From the NCBI GenBank assembly GCA_022813865.1, contig JALDZX010000007.1, positions 496,001 to 560,000 on the forward strand: a stretch of 64,000 bases of DNA, written 5' to 3'. Below, in pieces: positions 52,445 to 63,839 of the stretch. Position 1 is the stretch's first letter. Each line of letters begins with the position of its first letter. The stretch is from Xylographa opegraphella (lineage: Eukaryota). The notes beneath the pieces are model-generated. The model ran no database searches. It had not been told where the DNA came from and saw nothing but the letters and a program-made list of their open reading frames with translations. The position numbers were made by a program, and so were the translations under genes.

Positions 52445-52529
52445 GCCTCGTACCGCACAGAATGAGAGGATTATAAAGACTGCGCCTCGTACCGCACAGA
52501 ATGAGAGGATTATAAAGACTGCGCCTCGT
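52445..52529. repeat. Perfect 39-bp tandem duplication upstream of set9
   Basis: gcctcgtaccgcacagaatgagaggattataaagactgc at 52445 and 52484, plus a partial gcctcgt at 52523. Confidence 0.95.
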
Positions 52530-52855
52530 TGACGTCTGGAGAGCTGAAGCGGCTGAAGGTATGAGACATCGGGGCTATGAGGAGCCAGCTATTCAATCAC
52601 GCGTGAACAGCGCAGCACCTGACTAGCAAATAAGGCACAATAAGGAGTGTATGCAAAAAGGACAGTAGTTGCAAAAGAGTGTCATGATTGCTCAAGCAGG
52701 GGAAAGGGAGGCTGGTTCATTACTCTAGGTAGTTGCGAGGACCAATGGGATAACTAGCCTGCAGATCTCCCGCATCTGAGCGCCGAGGCGGTAACAGCTC
52801 GGCCTCACATCACTTCGTACATTTTACACGTTTTCGGCCTCAAATTGTTGCCAGG

Positions 52856-53473
52856 ATGATACAGCTGAAGGCAAGTCGAGGACAATCTACTGTGCAGGCT
52901 ATGCTAACCGCTCAACCTAGACGATGCTTAACTGCATCGATAACTCCGGCGCATCGATAGTCGAGTGCGTTGCCAACCTCCGCATGAAAAGACACGCCAA
53001 GATCGGTACATCATTAATACGTATCTACACACGTATGGCTGCTGATTATGTCGTGCCAGGCGATCGTATTATAGTCGTCGTCCAGAAACAGCGCAACTTT
53101 GGTGAAGGCTCCGGCCCTGGTGGGAGCTCCGCCTCGACGGCTGCAGCGAACAAGGTCAGACGAGGAGATATACGGCACGCTGTCGTTGTGCGGACAAGGA
53201 AGAAGCTGCAGAGGAAGGATGGGATGGTAGTCCGATTCGATGACAACGCTTGCGTCTTGATCAACAAGGCTGGAGAACCTCTGGGGACGAGATTGACGAG
53301 TGAGTCCCCTTTCATATTATCACGCTATACTTGGAAGACTGGGCTCAGTGGCGCTTGCGAAAGCGGTTGATAGTATACACGAGTATATCTGACGAGTTAT
53401 AGGTATCGTGGGGTCTGAATTACGAGACAAGCAATGGTCGAAAATTTTGTCACTGGCGCCCATGCATGTATAA
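52856..53473 (+). CDS. mrpl38: Mitochondrial ribosomal protein uL14m (MRPL38)
   Basis: [16 protein letters not shown]...[13 protein letters not shown]...[10 protein letters not shown]...[13 protein letters not shown]...[10 protein letters not shown]. Three introns, the first GC-AG (52871-52920). Confidence 0.95.
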
Positions 53474-53728
53474 TACGGAATTGTTCAGTTTTTGCATTGA
53501 TGGAGTCGGAATTCTTTGGGAACTGTAAATATAGTACATAACTGCTCGCTCAGATTCGCCTTTTGACCGCCACAGCCCACTGGGTATCATTTCTCTGTAC
53601 CGAACGCCCTGTCGCTTCATGCAGGTTGAAGTGCCCAGAATGCAATCACGCCGGACCTCAAATGCCAGATTGGTTTTATGTCCTAAAACTCCTTGAAAAT
53701 GAAAAATGACCTCCACGCATACCGTTCG

Positions 53729-54534
53729 TTATTGAAAGATCGTCCCGCAGCTGCAACAAACGAAAAAGAGTTTCTGGCCGAGCAGGTTTGATCAGCCCTG
53801 TCGAGCAGAAGACAGAGGCAAAGAACGTTCAACCAACATACCATCCCTGTTTCCGAAGTTCTCTGTTGCGACTGGAAGAACACGGCTTCCATCTCTCGGC
53901 ATTTCGGACATTGCTTGTTCGACCGTGGCAGCTAGCAGGTGTAAGTCGCGTTAGCTTAAATGTTCGCACAGATATCAGCTATCTATGCCTGTGATGGCCG
54001 GCTCATCATGCTCGTCATGTGGTTCCGATACCACGAAGCTCTCATCTAGCTCGTCTTCAAATTCCTCGGACGTGTCTTCTTCGGACGCGTCCTCCATAAG
54101 ATCCTCTTCATAGTCGCCAGGCGCGATATCAACGAATCCAGAGCAAGCGGCTTGCCCACACATGATGCAGATGAGCTCATCACCACAAAGAGTGCAAGTA
54201 CAGAAGTCAGGTAAACCAACCGTTGGATCAGCTCCCACATCCTGAGTGACACCAGCGGTTTCTCCGACAGTGTTGTGCAAGTTGTTCCGAAAGACACAAG
54301 ACGAGGCAGCAGGCTCACTGAATTGGCAGGTTCGACAGGAAAACATAAGGGTATTGTTTAGGCGGTCTTCTTTGGGGTAAAGCATATTCGAACTAAATAT
54401 AAGTCAGCCACAGCAAGACAGTTGTATGACGCGTGGACGACTGACCATTCTCGACAAAAGCGAAATGTGATTTGTTCTTGACCTTTTGTTTGTTGCTGCT
54501 GCTCGGCATCCGATGGGGCTGGAGAGGCGGACAT
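53729..54534 (-). CDS. rpb9: RNA polymerase II subunit Rpb9
   Basis: [16 protein letters not shown]...CRTC...[18 protein letters not shown]...[23 protein letters not shown]. Introns 54393-54445, 53932-54220 and about 53774-53841. Confidence 0.95.
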
Positions 54535-54993
54535 TTTGGAGTATGTGGAACTCCGGATATTGAGATGTGAGAGTCGTGATGGTGAAGTTGGTGCTAAGCG
54601 TAGAGTGTTCCAGCGGATTGTTTGGTGCTGATGTTAGGTCGATGCAAAAAATGTGACAGAACGCGAAGTTTGACACATTCAGAGAATGGCGCTAAGCAAT
54701 GACTAAAGTCGTCAGCACTGTACGCTAGGCCGAATTGAATCGCGAAGCTAAGATACCTATTCAGCCCTACGATCTTCATAATCACGTGCTTTTTATCACA
54801 ATGAGAATATATAAGCACACGCACTGTACATATCATCCCCGATAGGAAGCTGCCCGCTGGTTGCGATTGTTACCAACTATTTACAGTCCGGCACATTATA
54901 TCGTCTTCTTGTGCTTCTATCTTGCCTTGCTGTATCGCAATTAGCACTCGGATGCTTTTTCTTTCTTGATTCGAAGTACTCAAACTGTTCTTA

Positions 54994-55801
54994 ATGGTGT
55001 GTATACAAGATTTCTGTAAAGCATACCCCGCACAAGTCATCCTCCACCTGGGTCTGGCCCAACAAATCCATTTCTCTACAGTTTCCAGTCACTTATAGCT
55101 TACTAATTGCTCGATGCAGTCTACCGCCGGCCTCCCTCCATCATGGGAGGTTCGCCACTCCAACTCTAAGAACCTCCCGTACTACTTCAACACATCAACC
55201 AAAGAGTCTCGATGGGAACCCCCTTCGGGTACTGACACCGAAGCCCTGAAATCATACATGGCAACACACCATTCCTCCGCTCCCATACGCTCCCCAGATG
55301 TGGCTAAAGATGGAGGCAAGATTCGTGCGGCACACCTGCTTATCAAGCATAAAGATAGCAGGCGGCCGAGTAGCTGGCGGGAGAACGAGATCACGCGGAC
55401 GAAGGAGGAGGCCATCAGTACGTTATTAGGTCATGAAGCTAGAATACGAAGTGGACAGGCTAGTCTGGGAGACTTGGCCATGACCGAAAGCGATTGCAGT
55501 AGTGCTAGGAAGAAGGGCGACCTGTGAGTTTGAACCCCAAAACCGGCGAGGAACGACAAGATAGCCGGAATACTTGTGGGCATGTCAACGACTCTGACTG
55601 GCGTTATAAATAGGGGCTATTTTGGCCGGGGAGATATGCAAAAGGAGTTCGAAGAAGCGGCCTTCGCGATGAAGCCGGGAGAGGTCAGTAACGTTGTAGA
55701 AACAGCGTCGGGTGTGCATTTGATAGAACGGTTAGTGTACATGGATATTCATTCTCTGCAAAATACTAACAGGCTAATATTTCAACTCCAGGCTTGAGTG
55801 A
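54994..55801 (+). CDS. ess1: Parvulin-type peptidyl-prolyl isomerase Ess1/Pin1 (Ssp1)
   Basis: WW domain GLPPSWEVRHSNSKNLPYYFN...SRWEPP and PPIase KIRAAHLLIKHKDSRRPSSW...SDCSSARKKGDLGYFGRGDMQKEFE...SGVHLIERLE*. First coding exon is probably ATG alone (intron 54997-55119). Confidence 0.95.
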
Positions 55802-55949
55802 CGATAAAAGCGCATCCTCACATTTTGGTAAGTGTCATTATAGAAAACAATCTTTTGTGACTTCGAAGTGCTATTTGTCTACAAGTCCCACTGCAATAAC
55901 CAGGTTTCATCACCAGCATACAAGTCAAACACCAAAGGCCGTAGTCGCT

Positions 55950-56465
55950 CTACAACTGCAAACCCAACTCCCCCATCAATGTAAGACTGCGCTCTGGGAC
56001 ACCTCCCACCATACATCCGTCGTTGTCTCTCCCTCTATTCACCCCCCTATCTCCGTCAGCTTTCGTCTCCACAATCCCCTTCCTTCTTGGAAATGACCTA
56101 CTTGGCGTTCCGGGCATACGGTCGGTCGGCGGTGATGTCGTCTCCGACTCCGCAACCTCCTTCCCCGTCTTTCCTCCCCCTGAATTTTGCCCTGCTTCAT
56201 CCCCTTTCTGTTCAGTCGCCGCTTTCGCTTTCAGCACCGCTTCATGCTCGCCACGTTCCGTCACCGCTTTCGCCTTCAGCATCGTTTCATGTTCGTCTTC
56301 TCTCACCGCTTTCCGCCATAACATCGCTGCATATTCGTCCGTGCCGTTCTCGGAGCTGTCCCCGGTCCAGGGAGTCATATCCACAGATCTCCTCGTCGAC
56401 GAGCTCGTCGTTTCGTACATTCCTGTGGAGGGATCGTAATATGAATCCGTTGATCTGGAAGACAT
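55950..56465 (-). CDS. Hypothetical protein (171 aa), no recognisable domain
   Basis: ATG-initiated ORF after a C-rich leader; short internal repeat EHETMLKAKAVTE / EHEAVLKAKAATE. Confidence 0.45.
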   Translation of the reverse strand: MSSRSTDSYYDPSTGMYETTSSSTRRSVDMTPWTGDSSENGTDEYAAMLWRKAVREDEHETMLKAKAVTERGEHEAVLKAKAATEQKGDEAGQNSGGGKTGKEVAESETTSPPTDRMPGTPSRSFPRRKGIVETKADGDRGVNRGRDNDGCMVGGVPERSLTLMGELGLQL

Positions 56466-56899
56466 TGTGGTTCGTGGGTTTGGTTGGTTGAGGGTTGTGG
56501 AGAAGGGGATGGTGATTGTTGGGGTGATAAAGGGGGGGGGTGCGGTTCAAGGGGAATAAATAGTCGACTGTAGTGTCGAGAGAAGGTAATGGTAGAGTAT
56601 GGTGTCGAGAGGAAAGGAGCAGTCGAGTACAGTGAAGAATGCACTGGACGGAAGCGATTCTACAGGTTTCGGGAAGAGAAGAAGCGGGAGGATAATACAA
56701 CAGACTGCAGCTAAGATTGAGACACCTAGCATGATACCGCACTGATCGTGAGTCTATAACAACGCAGCCACGAATACCATATCAGACATGCTGAGACAAC
56801 TCTGAGAAGCCGTGGCAACGATGACCTCCGAGCTTTGGAAACCTATGGCGGACATTTCCAGAAATGGGAAACCGAAGCAGCAGAGTAACAAATGTTCCT

Positions 56900-57816
56900 T
56901 CAGGCATCATCCGCCACTCCTCCTTCGTCCTCCGCTCTGCGATCCGGACTCTCTGCTCTGCCGTCATAGCCATCGCTTGGCCATCGTCCACGGTACGAAG
57001 TCCTGCCGTATCTACCCTCGGGGTCACTTTCATATGGTCGCTCATATGCATTGCGACGCCCTCTGGTGCGCTGGTACGGCGGGAAACTTCCGCTTGCGCG
57101 CTGTGGCTGGGGCGGTATCCGATGGCGCTCCTCGGATTCATAGATATTCTTCTCGTCCTCCTGCATGCGGCCGCGACCCCGGATAGCGCTTCGTCGTCGA
57201 CTGCTCGGGTGGGTACGTGTAGGGTAGAAATTCGGAACGTGGTCGTCTTCGTCGAAGTCGTCCTCTTCTGATTCCTCATTGAAAGATCTGGAATCCTGAT
57301 TCGGATTCTGGGGAACCGGCCGAGTGGGTGCGTAACCCGGGACCCGATGCTGTGGCCAGACTTGTGGCCACTGTTGCTGCCTGGGTGGAGGTCGAGGATC
57401 TGCCCACCCAGCTTGCATTGGAGGCCATTGCGGTGGCGTATAAAAGACATCGTTGGGTGCTCTGATATTATCCCCTATCCTCCAAGGTCAGCATAGAAAG
57501 GGGCCTTCTCGGAGTGTGAGAGAATTGAAAATGACGCACCTGGCGGTCGTTCATCCAAATGAGGTCTTTTACAGCGGTACTTCTCCTTCTCCCTGCGGTA
57601 TTTCGCGATCTTGTTCTGTTCACAGAGATACTCTTCAAGATTTCTAGCTATGCCAGCCCATTGTGCGTTCTCGGGCCGGTATTCCATGCGGCGAGGGAAT
57701 TGGTGGACGTAAGTTATCTTCTTTGGCGGATAATCCACATAGTACTCATACGGGTATTTGTAGACCACTTTTGTCGGGGGTCCGAGGCCGTAGGACGTGC
57801 AGATGGTATTTCCCAT
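56900..57816 (-). CDS. Hypothetical Pro/Arg-rich protein, two exons
   Basis: ORF 57475-57816 is joined by a GT-AG intron (about 57475-57539, CTGAC branch) in frame to ORF 56900-57418: RPP|GDNIRAPNDVFYTPPQWPPMQAG. Confidence 0.55.
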
Positions 57817-58976
57817 GGCTTGGAAAGCATGTTGAAGGGATCATGGCGGTATGCTCTGTAGAAGAAGATGTCCTCGCGGCGCTGTATGTAGGTAGCACAA
57901 GGCTTCCGCTTGGTAGAGATGCGGTAAGTTTGCATCTCGTTTGTGATTGATTGGCGGCTTGATTGCTAATAGTTGATAATCCATACGTGGCAGCTGACAA
58001 TGTTCGGCCCATGCCACGATTAAACGTACGGGTTGATTGAACGTCTTGTTGTGCTTGTTGAGTTCGTCGCAAGAATATGTTGCGGGGGATGTGGGTTGCG
58101 GATAATCGTAGTGTAACCTCACGGATAGCTACATATTGTGCGGAGAAAGTGTGCTAGAATTTTGTGTACCTATCACTTCCATACGATTATTGCGGATGGA
58201 GTGTATCTACCTACCTTAGAATGACGGTCAGAGTCGATCGTTTTATCGGCTCGCGGTCACCGTTAACCAATCCTCGAATGCTCAAAGCTAATTGCGAAGA
58301 CAAGAACGAGCAAGAACATCCAGGTTGGGAAGTATCTATCAATCTCGAGACCAACGATCATTGTCGCATATACAGAAGTATGAATATCAAAACATTCATG
58401 CTGTAATACCGAACTTGCTGTCTTTCAGATTGCCCTATTGTGTTGTACCACAGCGATTCGGTAAAGATGTTCCGAAAAGCTTTATATAATATCACCGAAG
58501 TCCCTCATACTGATAAGCTTGGAGGCGTGGTATGGAAACACACAACTTTTCAAGACTGCAATGTCCTAGAAACAGCAGATGTTTGCTCTAGAGTGTAGAA
58601 ACGGAGGTACCTTGGAGAATCAGGTCATCTTCTTGTGATCCCACTACCCATCGGCTGGGATTGTAACTCGTATTCATGCAAACTGACCTCATCAATGAGG
58701 CTTCAAGTATGAAACCTCAGTTAATGAGTTTCTAAATTTCCTCCGATATCGTGTGATTTGGATTGGTAGAGTATGAGTAGGCCGAGTGTGGTGCAGCATG
58801 GGGTTGCATCGGATTCACTCAGCTTATCGACTCTGGCATGAATTATACTGCCACTTAACCATTAAGTCTCGACTATCGCCGTCCCTGGCTTCCTGCTTCA
58901 TGTTATTCACCACGGTTCACCGCACGGTGAGAAAAAACATCCGCTTTCGGTTACTGTGTGCTATTGGAAACTTGAC

Positions 58977-60378
58977 TCAACGCCCTAACACGCTTGCTTC
59001 AAGCACCACTCCAGCGTTTCGTAGGCGATCGACATACGCTTGGCCGAGAGTTGCGGGCGTAAGAACACCACCGCCAATTTTACTAGCGGGCGTCTTATCT
59101 CCATCTCGCACTATACTGAAGGCGGCCTCTGCCATGAGCACTCCTGTGAAATCATAAGCACTGCCATTGAAGCCGCATATGGCAGTGGCTCGTTCAGAGT
59201 CCGCGGTGTCGGCTGTAGCAATGGCTTTGAACTCCACTCGATCCTTTGCGGTACTCTCTTTTGTTGGTCCTTCGCCCGGTTGATGTACGAACATTTTGGC
59301 AAGCCACCGGACCGGAGGTATTGCGAGTGCAGCCATACCAAAGGTGATCATCAAATGCGTTACAAAGCCTGTGAAGCTGTTGCGTGTGCTGGCATATTCC
59401 TCATATTGAAAATTTTGGCCGTAGTAGTCACCCCTTTCCAAAAGCCCCCAGCTTCGTTGCACAATGCTGATATTGGCACCAGATGCTAAACCTGTGGTCA
59501 GTGTGCCAAGATCTGGCACGTAACGAACTCCAGAGAGGCGCGTTAGCAATGAGGCCAGCTTGTCCTTATGACCTGGTACCGGCGACAGCGCATATGGTTT
59601 CGAGGACTCGATGAGTTGCGCAATGCCGTAATGATCGAAGATACCAAAGACCGTAGCAAGAGTTCCACCCGACGGAAGACTCCTACTCTAATTGAGAATC
59701 TTGACTAATTATATATGAACGGAAAATGGAGAACCCACGTCAGCACAGAATTCGTTGCTGTGACATCCTTCACACCAACTTTAAGCTTATCTCGGATGAG
59801 GGAGACTACGAGGTACACCATGATATCTGAACATGCACTCTCGAGACCGCACTGGGGAATCATCTTCAAGGTATCAGCTTGGTTCGTTGTCCAGGATTCA
59901 CAATCATCTTACGATAGCTCTATTTGCTTGAGCAATATCGTGGTATTTCCGGATCATCTCGAGTACCCATGGAGTCTCCCCTGTGCTATGACTAGTCAGT
60001 GATAGCGAGAGAAGACATTGAAACTCGAAACACTTACGAGTCTACATAATGTGTACCATTCCCAGCACACGCTTCCACCACCGGCGATCCATACTTATGG
60101 AAGGGACCTACGGTGGTGATCAACAGCTTCGTCTTCTTCACAAGGGCGTCGAGATCTTCTGGATCAAGTGAAGCAATCTCGACTCCAGGTCCCAGCCGAT
60201 CAGTATTCAGCGACTCGAGCTCGTTAATCAGCGTGGAGAGTTTCACTTCACTACGGCCTGCTACAGCCCACCGCAAATCGGTGGGTAAGTTCTTGACGAT
60301 ATGTTCTGCGCAGTATTTGCCAGTATAGCCCGTGGCGCCGAGCAGAATGATTTCATACTTTCGATCTGGGGAAGGCAT
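58977..60378 (-). CDS. Saccharopine dehydrogenase-like oxidoreductase (SCCPDH family)
   Basis: YEIILLGATGYTG, WAVAGRS, TTVGPFHKYGSPVVEAC..NGTHYVDSTGE, PSGGT and GGVLTPATLG. Three introns. Confidence 0.9.
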
Positions 60379-60771
60379 ACTGGCACGGGCAATGATCACA
60401 GTGCTTTTCGAAATCGATTGAATGTTTCGAGTTCTTCTTATGATAGCACAGAGCGGGTTCCAATCTAGAAATTATATATACAAGAAAAGAAGAGAAATCA
60501 ATACCGCAAGAAAGAAGTTCGGTATTCTGCAGGAGGACACACCAAAGGAGACAAGCCGAGGTCGAAAAGATCTTCCATCCAAGAACCAGGCTGACTCAGC
60601 ATCATCCACTACTTCATCCCTGCTTAACCTAACCCTAGCCTCATGGCCCGTGCCCCTAGTCAGGTACGGCGATGATCGCCAATGGTGAGGTTGGGGACTG
60701 GGGATAGCTACCCACTTACGGGAGTACGGAGTACTTCCTTCCACTTCATCGCTGACCAGCCATTGCTTTTG

Positions 60772-60839
60772 TCGTAAAGCAGCTTTGCGCCAATCATCGC
60801 CTCAATCGTAAAGCAGCTTTGCGCCCATCATCGCCTCAA
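60772..60839. repeat. 34-bp tandem duplication (1 mismatch) in a divergent promoter
   Basis: tcgtaaagcagctttgcgcc(a/c)atcatcgcctcaa at 60772 and 60806. Confidence 0.92.
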
Positions 60840-60933
60840 ATCTATCGCATTTTGCTCATCGAGCAAGTTTCAACCTAAAATCTGTCTCTTTAATTGTAGA
60901 TAGTCGACCACTGAGCCCGATCTCATCGTCCTC

Positions 60934-61927
60934 ATGGCGGATCCCGAAGTCCGTATCGAAGGCTTCCAAGAGGTGGTGGATGAGGCCCTACAGGATGTAG
61001 ACATGGCCGGCGGAGATGATGCAGAGATCGTTGAGGCAGGAGACGGCGCCAATGGCGACGGCGCAATCGCGGATGAGGCGGGGCAGGAAGCGGCAGCGGC
61101 GCGCACAACATTCATTGAGTATGTGGGACTATCATGATACCTCGGATGCGTCTGACAAACTCGAAGTTACCTTAAATCACCCATCATCGAGCTCTTAGTC
61201 GGTCAAGGCGAAGAACAGACCCTCCTGACGGCGCATCAAGCCCTCCTAATCAAGTCCCCGTTCTTCGCAGATGCAGTAGCACATTTCAGCGAGCAAGCCA
61301 CGGTATCTAGCATCCCGGAAATAGCAGGAGACAAGAAGGCCCCACTCACATGTTTACCAGACAAGGCGGATTGAGTTCGCGAACGAAGACCTTGACGCCG
61401 TGGGCTGCTTCCTCCAGTACCTCTACACCGGCGAGTACTTCCCCAAGAAGATGGGTGACGGGCTCGAGTCCGATTCGGCGCAAGCTGCCACCGGTGACGA
61501 CGGGGAGCAGTTGCTCAAGCACGCGAAGGTATACACACTCGCAGACAAGCTCGGTGTCATGGTAACCCACTCCCCCTTCGCCCCTCCTCCCTAGTCCCAC
61601 GCTGACGACGCACCCCAGGAGCTCAAATCCCTCGCGCACTCCAAAGTCCACCGCATCAACTCGACCGCCCACGGCGAAATGGCCTACGCGCGTTTTGTGT
61701 ACGCCAACACCCCCCGCAGCGACGCTACCATCCGCAAACCGATCGCGTCCTTTTGGGGCCAGCGCAGCCACGTGCTGCGGCACGAGGCGGAAGATGACTT
61801 CCGGGCATTGTGTCTAGAGTATCCCGAGTTTGGGTTCGATGTGCTGAGCTTCGTGTTGGATGCCCGGGAAAGGAAGGGCGTGGAGGCGGAGCCGAAGAGC
61901 GGCAGGAAAAGGGCAAGGGGGATGTGA
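60934..61927 (+). CDS. BTB/POZ domain protein
   Basis: LKSPIIELLVG...LTAHQALLIKSPFF, IEFANEDLDAVGCFLQYLYTGEY and LLKHAKVYTLADKLG...ELKSLAHSK. Three introns. Confidence 0.88.
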
Positions 61928-62159
61928 GCGGCAAACGCGGTTGTACGATAACTGTATACTTTCTGGCCAACGGCATATATTCCGTCAGATAAAAGCTGCA
62001 ATATATAGTTATAGGATGTTCGGACAAATGGCAAAAAGCGATTTCATCATGCCGTGCTACATCTCAATGGCCACGGTGAAGAGATGATTCCAAAGCGTAA
62101 GCATCGAGTCCGTCTCCACGGACAGAGATTCATCTTCGCTACAAGCACAACACAAACCC

Positions 62160-63839
62160 CTACAAGCACCCGCCCCGACAGACATGGCGCGCCGCCTCCG
62201 TCCTCGAGTAATAATCCGCCCACACAGACGGCCTATCTAGCCTCCTCGTCTCCAAACCCGGCACGACGAGCTCCCCCTTCCCCTCCGGCACATACGCCGC
62301 CCTCGCAGGCGTGACGCACATGGTCTCCGTCCACATATCATCACCCCGCGTACCCCACATCGGGAACCGAGCCCAGTCATCCACATACACCGTCCGCGCC
62401 CGCTCGACACACCCCGCGTCCCGACACACGCTGTCCATGCTCAGCGGACTATCCGCGCACGCGCGCCGGATACACAGCGGCAGCACGAGCGCCGGGATGC
62501 GCTGCCGTAGATGGTGCAAGGCACTGGCGCAGCGGCACGCGGGACTGCGGTGATGGTGGCTGCGGCCGCCGCTTGCTCGGGTGGCGCAGGCCCAGAAATG
62601 GCGGGGGTGGTGGTGCGTCGTGTCCGGGTCGTTGTCTGTGAGGCGGAGGCGTTGCAGCGAGGGGCAGCGCAGCGGGAGGGCGTCCGCGTTGTATCGGAGG
62701 TGGGTGACGTTGGGCTCGAGGAAGGCGATGTCGAGCTGTCGGAGGCTGGGCGGCAGGTGGCGCAAAATGCTAGAGTCGCAGTCGTGTCGCAGACGTAGGG
62801 TAGCGATGCGGGGGAGGTGCTGCAGGAGGTTGACCATACTTCGGCACTCGGCGGGCGATAGCTTGAGGCGTTGGGCTCGGCGGGAGGTGGTGGCTGGCGC
62901 AGCTGGACCCGCTCCGGGCGTGGCGACGGTGTACTCGAGATGGAGTTCTTGCAGAGAGGCGCCGTGGCGAAGCTGGAGGTGCGCAGCGACGGCTTTGGGG
63001 AGGGTGCCACCTTTCCAGCCGAAACTCCGCAACGGGGCCGTACTGGCGAGGAAGTGCTCCGGAAAGAGAGCCATGTCCCCCTCGGGGACGCCGGTCACAT
63101 CCAAAAAGAGGTTCTTAAGGCTTGGGAGATGAGAGAAGGCGTTGTCCCAGTCCTCCGTGCCGAAACACAGGGGCTTCATGAACAGCGTCACCAGATTGAG
63201 CTTGTTCCTCAGGAAGTGCAGGCTGCAGTGGTGCGAGTCCAACCGAAGGAACGTTAGACCGTGCAGCGCGGATATCGCACGCTCTGCCTCGTTCCGAAGG
63301 GCAGCTCCTCCGCCCGTGTGCCGACTTGGTTTGCGCAGAAGATCCGGCTGGAGGACGGTCATCGAATTGATGCGCGGTAAGAGCTCGATAATTTCCGCCC
63401 AAGCGCCAGCCATGGTATCTTCCAGCCCTACCGAAAGCTCGCTGCTCCTGCTTATCACCACATGGCGGATATGGCCCACGTTCTGCCGCCCAATCGACTC
63501 CATCCATTCGTGCGTAAGATCTGGCGATGGGAGACTGAGTACTTGTTGGCCGTAGAGGAACGAAGCAACCTCCACGCTGCACTGACGGCACACGTACAGT
63601 AAGGCCGTCTCGAGCAGACCGGTGAACTCGGTGGCGTATCGAGGATAAAACAACTTGTTATCCCACCGGCGTTGAAATGCGGGTTGTTGTAGGGGCGGCT
63701 GTCCATCGGTATAGCAATTGCCCTTGATACGGACAACTTGGAGGTTCCCGTAGCCGTCTATCCGTGGGGTGAAAATCAGTTCGTATATCATACGCCGGAC
63801 CTCCAGTGGGAGACTAAGAAAAGAATTTTTCGAAGCCAT
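62160..63839 (-). CDS. F-box-like N-terminus / LRR-like hypothetical protein (559 aa, intronless)
   Basis: SFLSLPLEVRRMIYELIF and ALLYVCRQCSVEVASFLYG motifs, then LxxLxL segments. Confidence 0.7.
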   Translation of the reverse strand: MASKNSFLSLPLEVRRMIYELIFTPRIDGYGNLQVVRIKGNCYTDGQPPLQQPAFQRRWDNKLFYPRYATEFTGLLETALLYVCRQCSVEVASFLYGQQVLSLPSPDLTHEWMESIGRQNVGHIRHVVISRSSELSVGLEDTMAGAWAEIIELLPRINSMTVLQPDLLRKPSRHTGGGAALRNEAERAISALHGLTFLRLDSHHCSLHFLRNKLNLVTLFMKPLCFGTEDWDNAFSHLPSLKNLFLDVTGVPEGDMALFPEHFLASTAPLRSFGWKGGTLPKAVAAHLQLRHGASLQELHLEYTVATPGAGPAAPATTSRRAQRLKLSPAECRSMVNLLQHLPRIATLRLRHDCDSSILRHLPPSLRQLDIAFLEPNVTHLRYNADALPLRCPSLQRLRLTDNDPDTTHHHPRHFWACATRASGGRSHHHRSPACRCASALHHLRQRIPALVLPLCIRRACADSPLSMDSVCRDAGCVERARTVYVDDWARFPMWGTRGDDMWTETMCVTPARAAYVPEGKGELVVPGLETRRLDRPSVWADYYSRTEAARHVCRGGCL

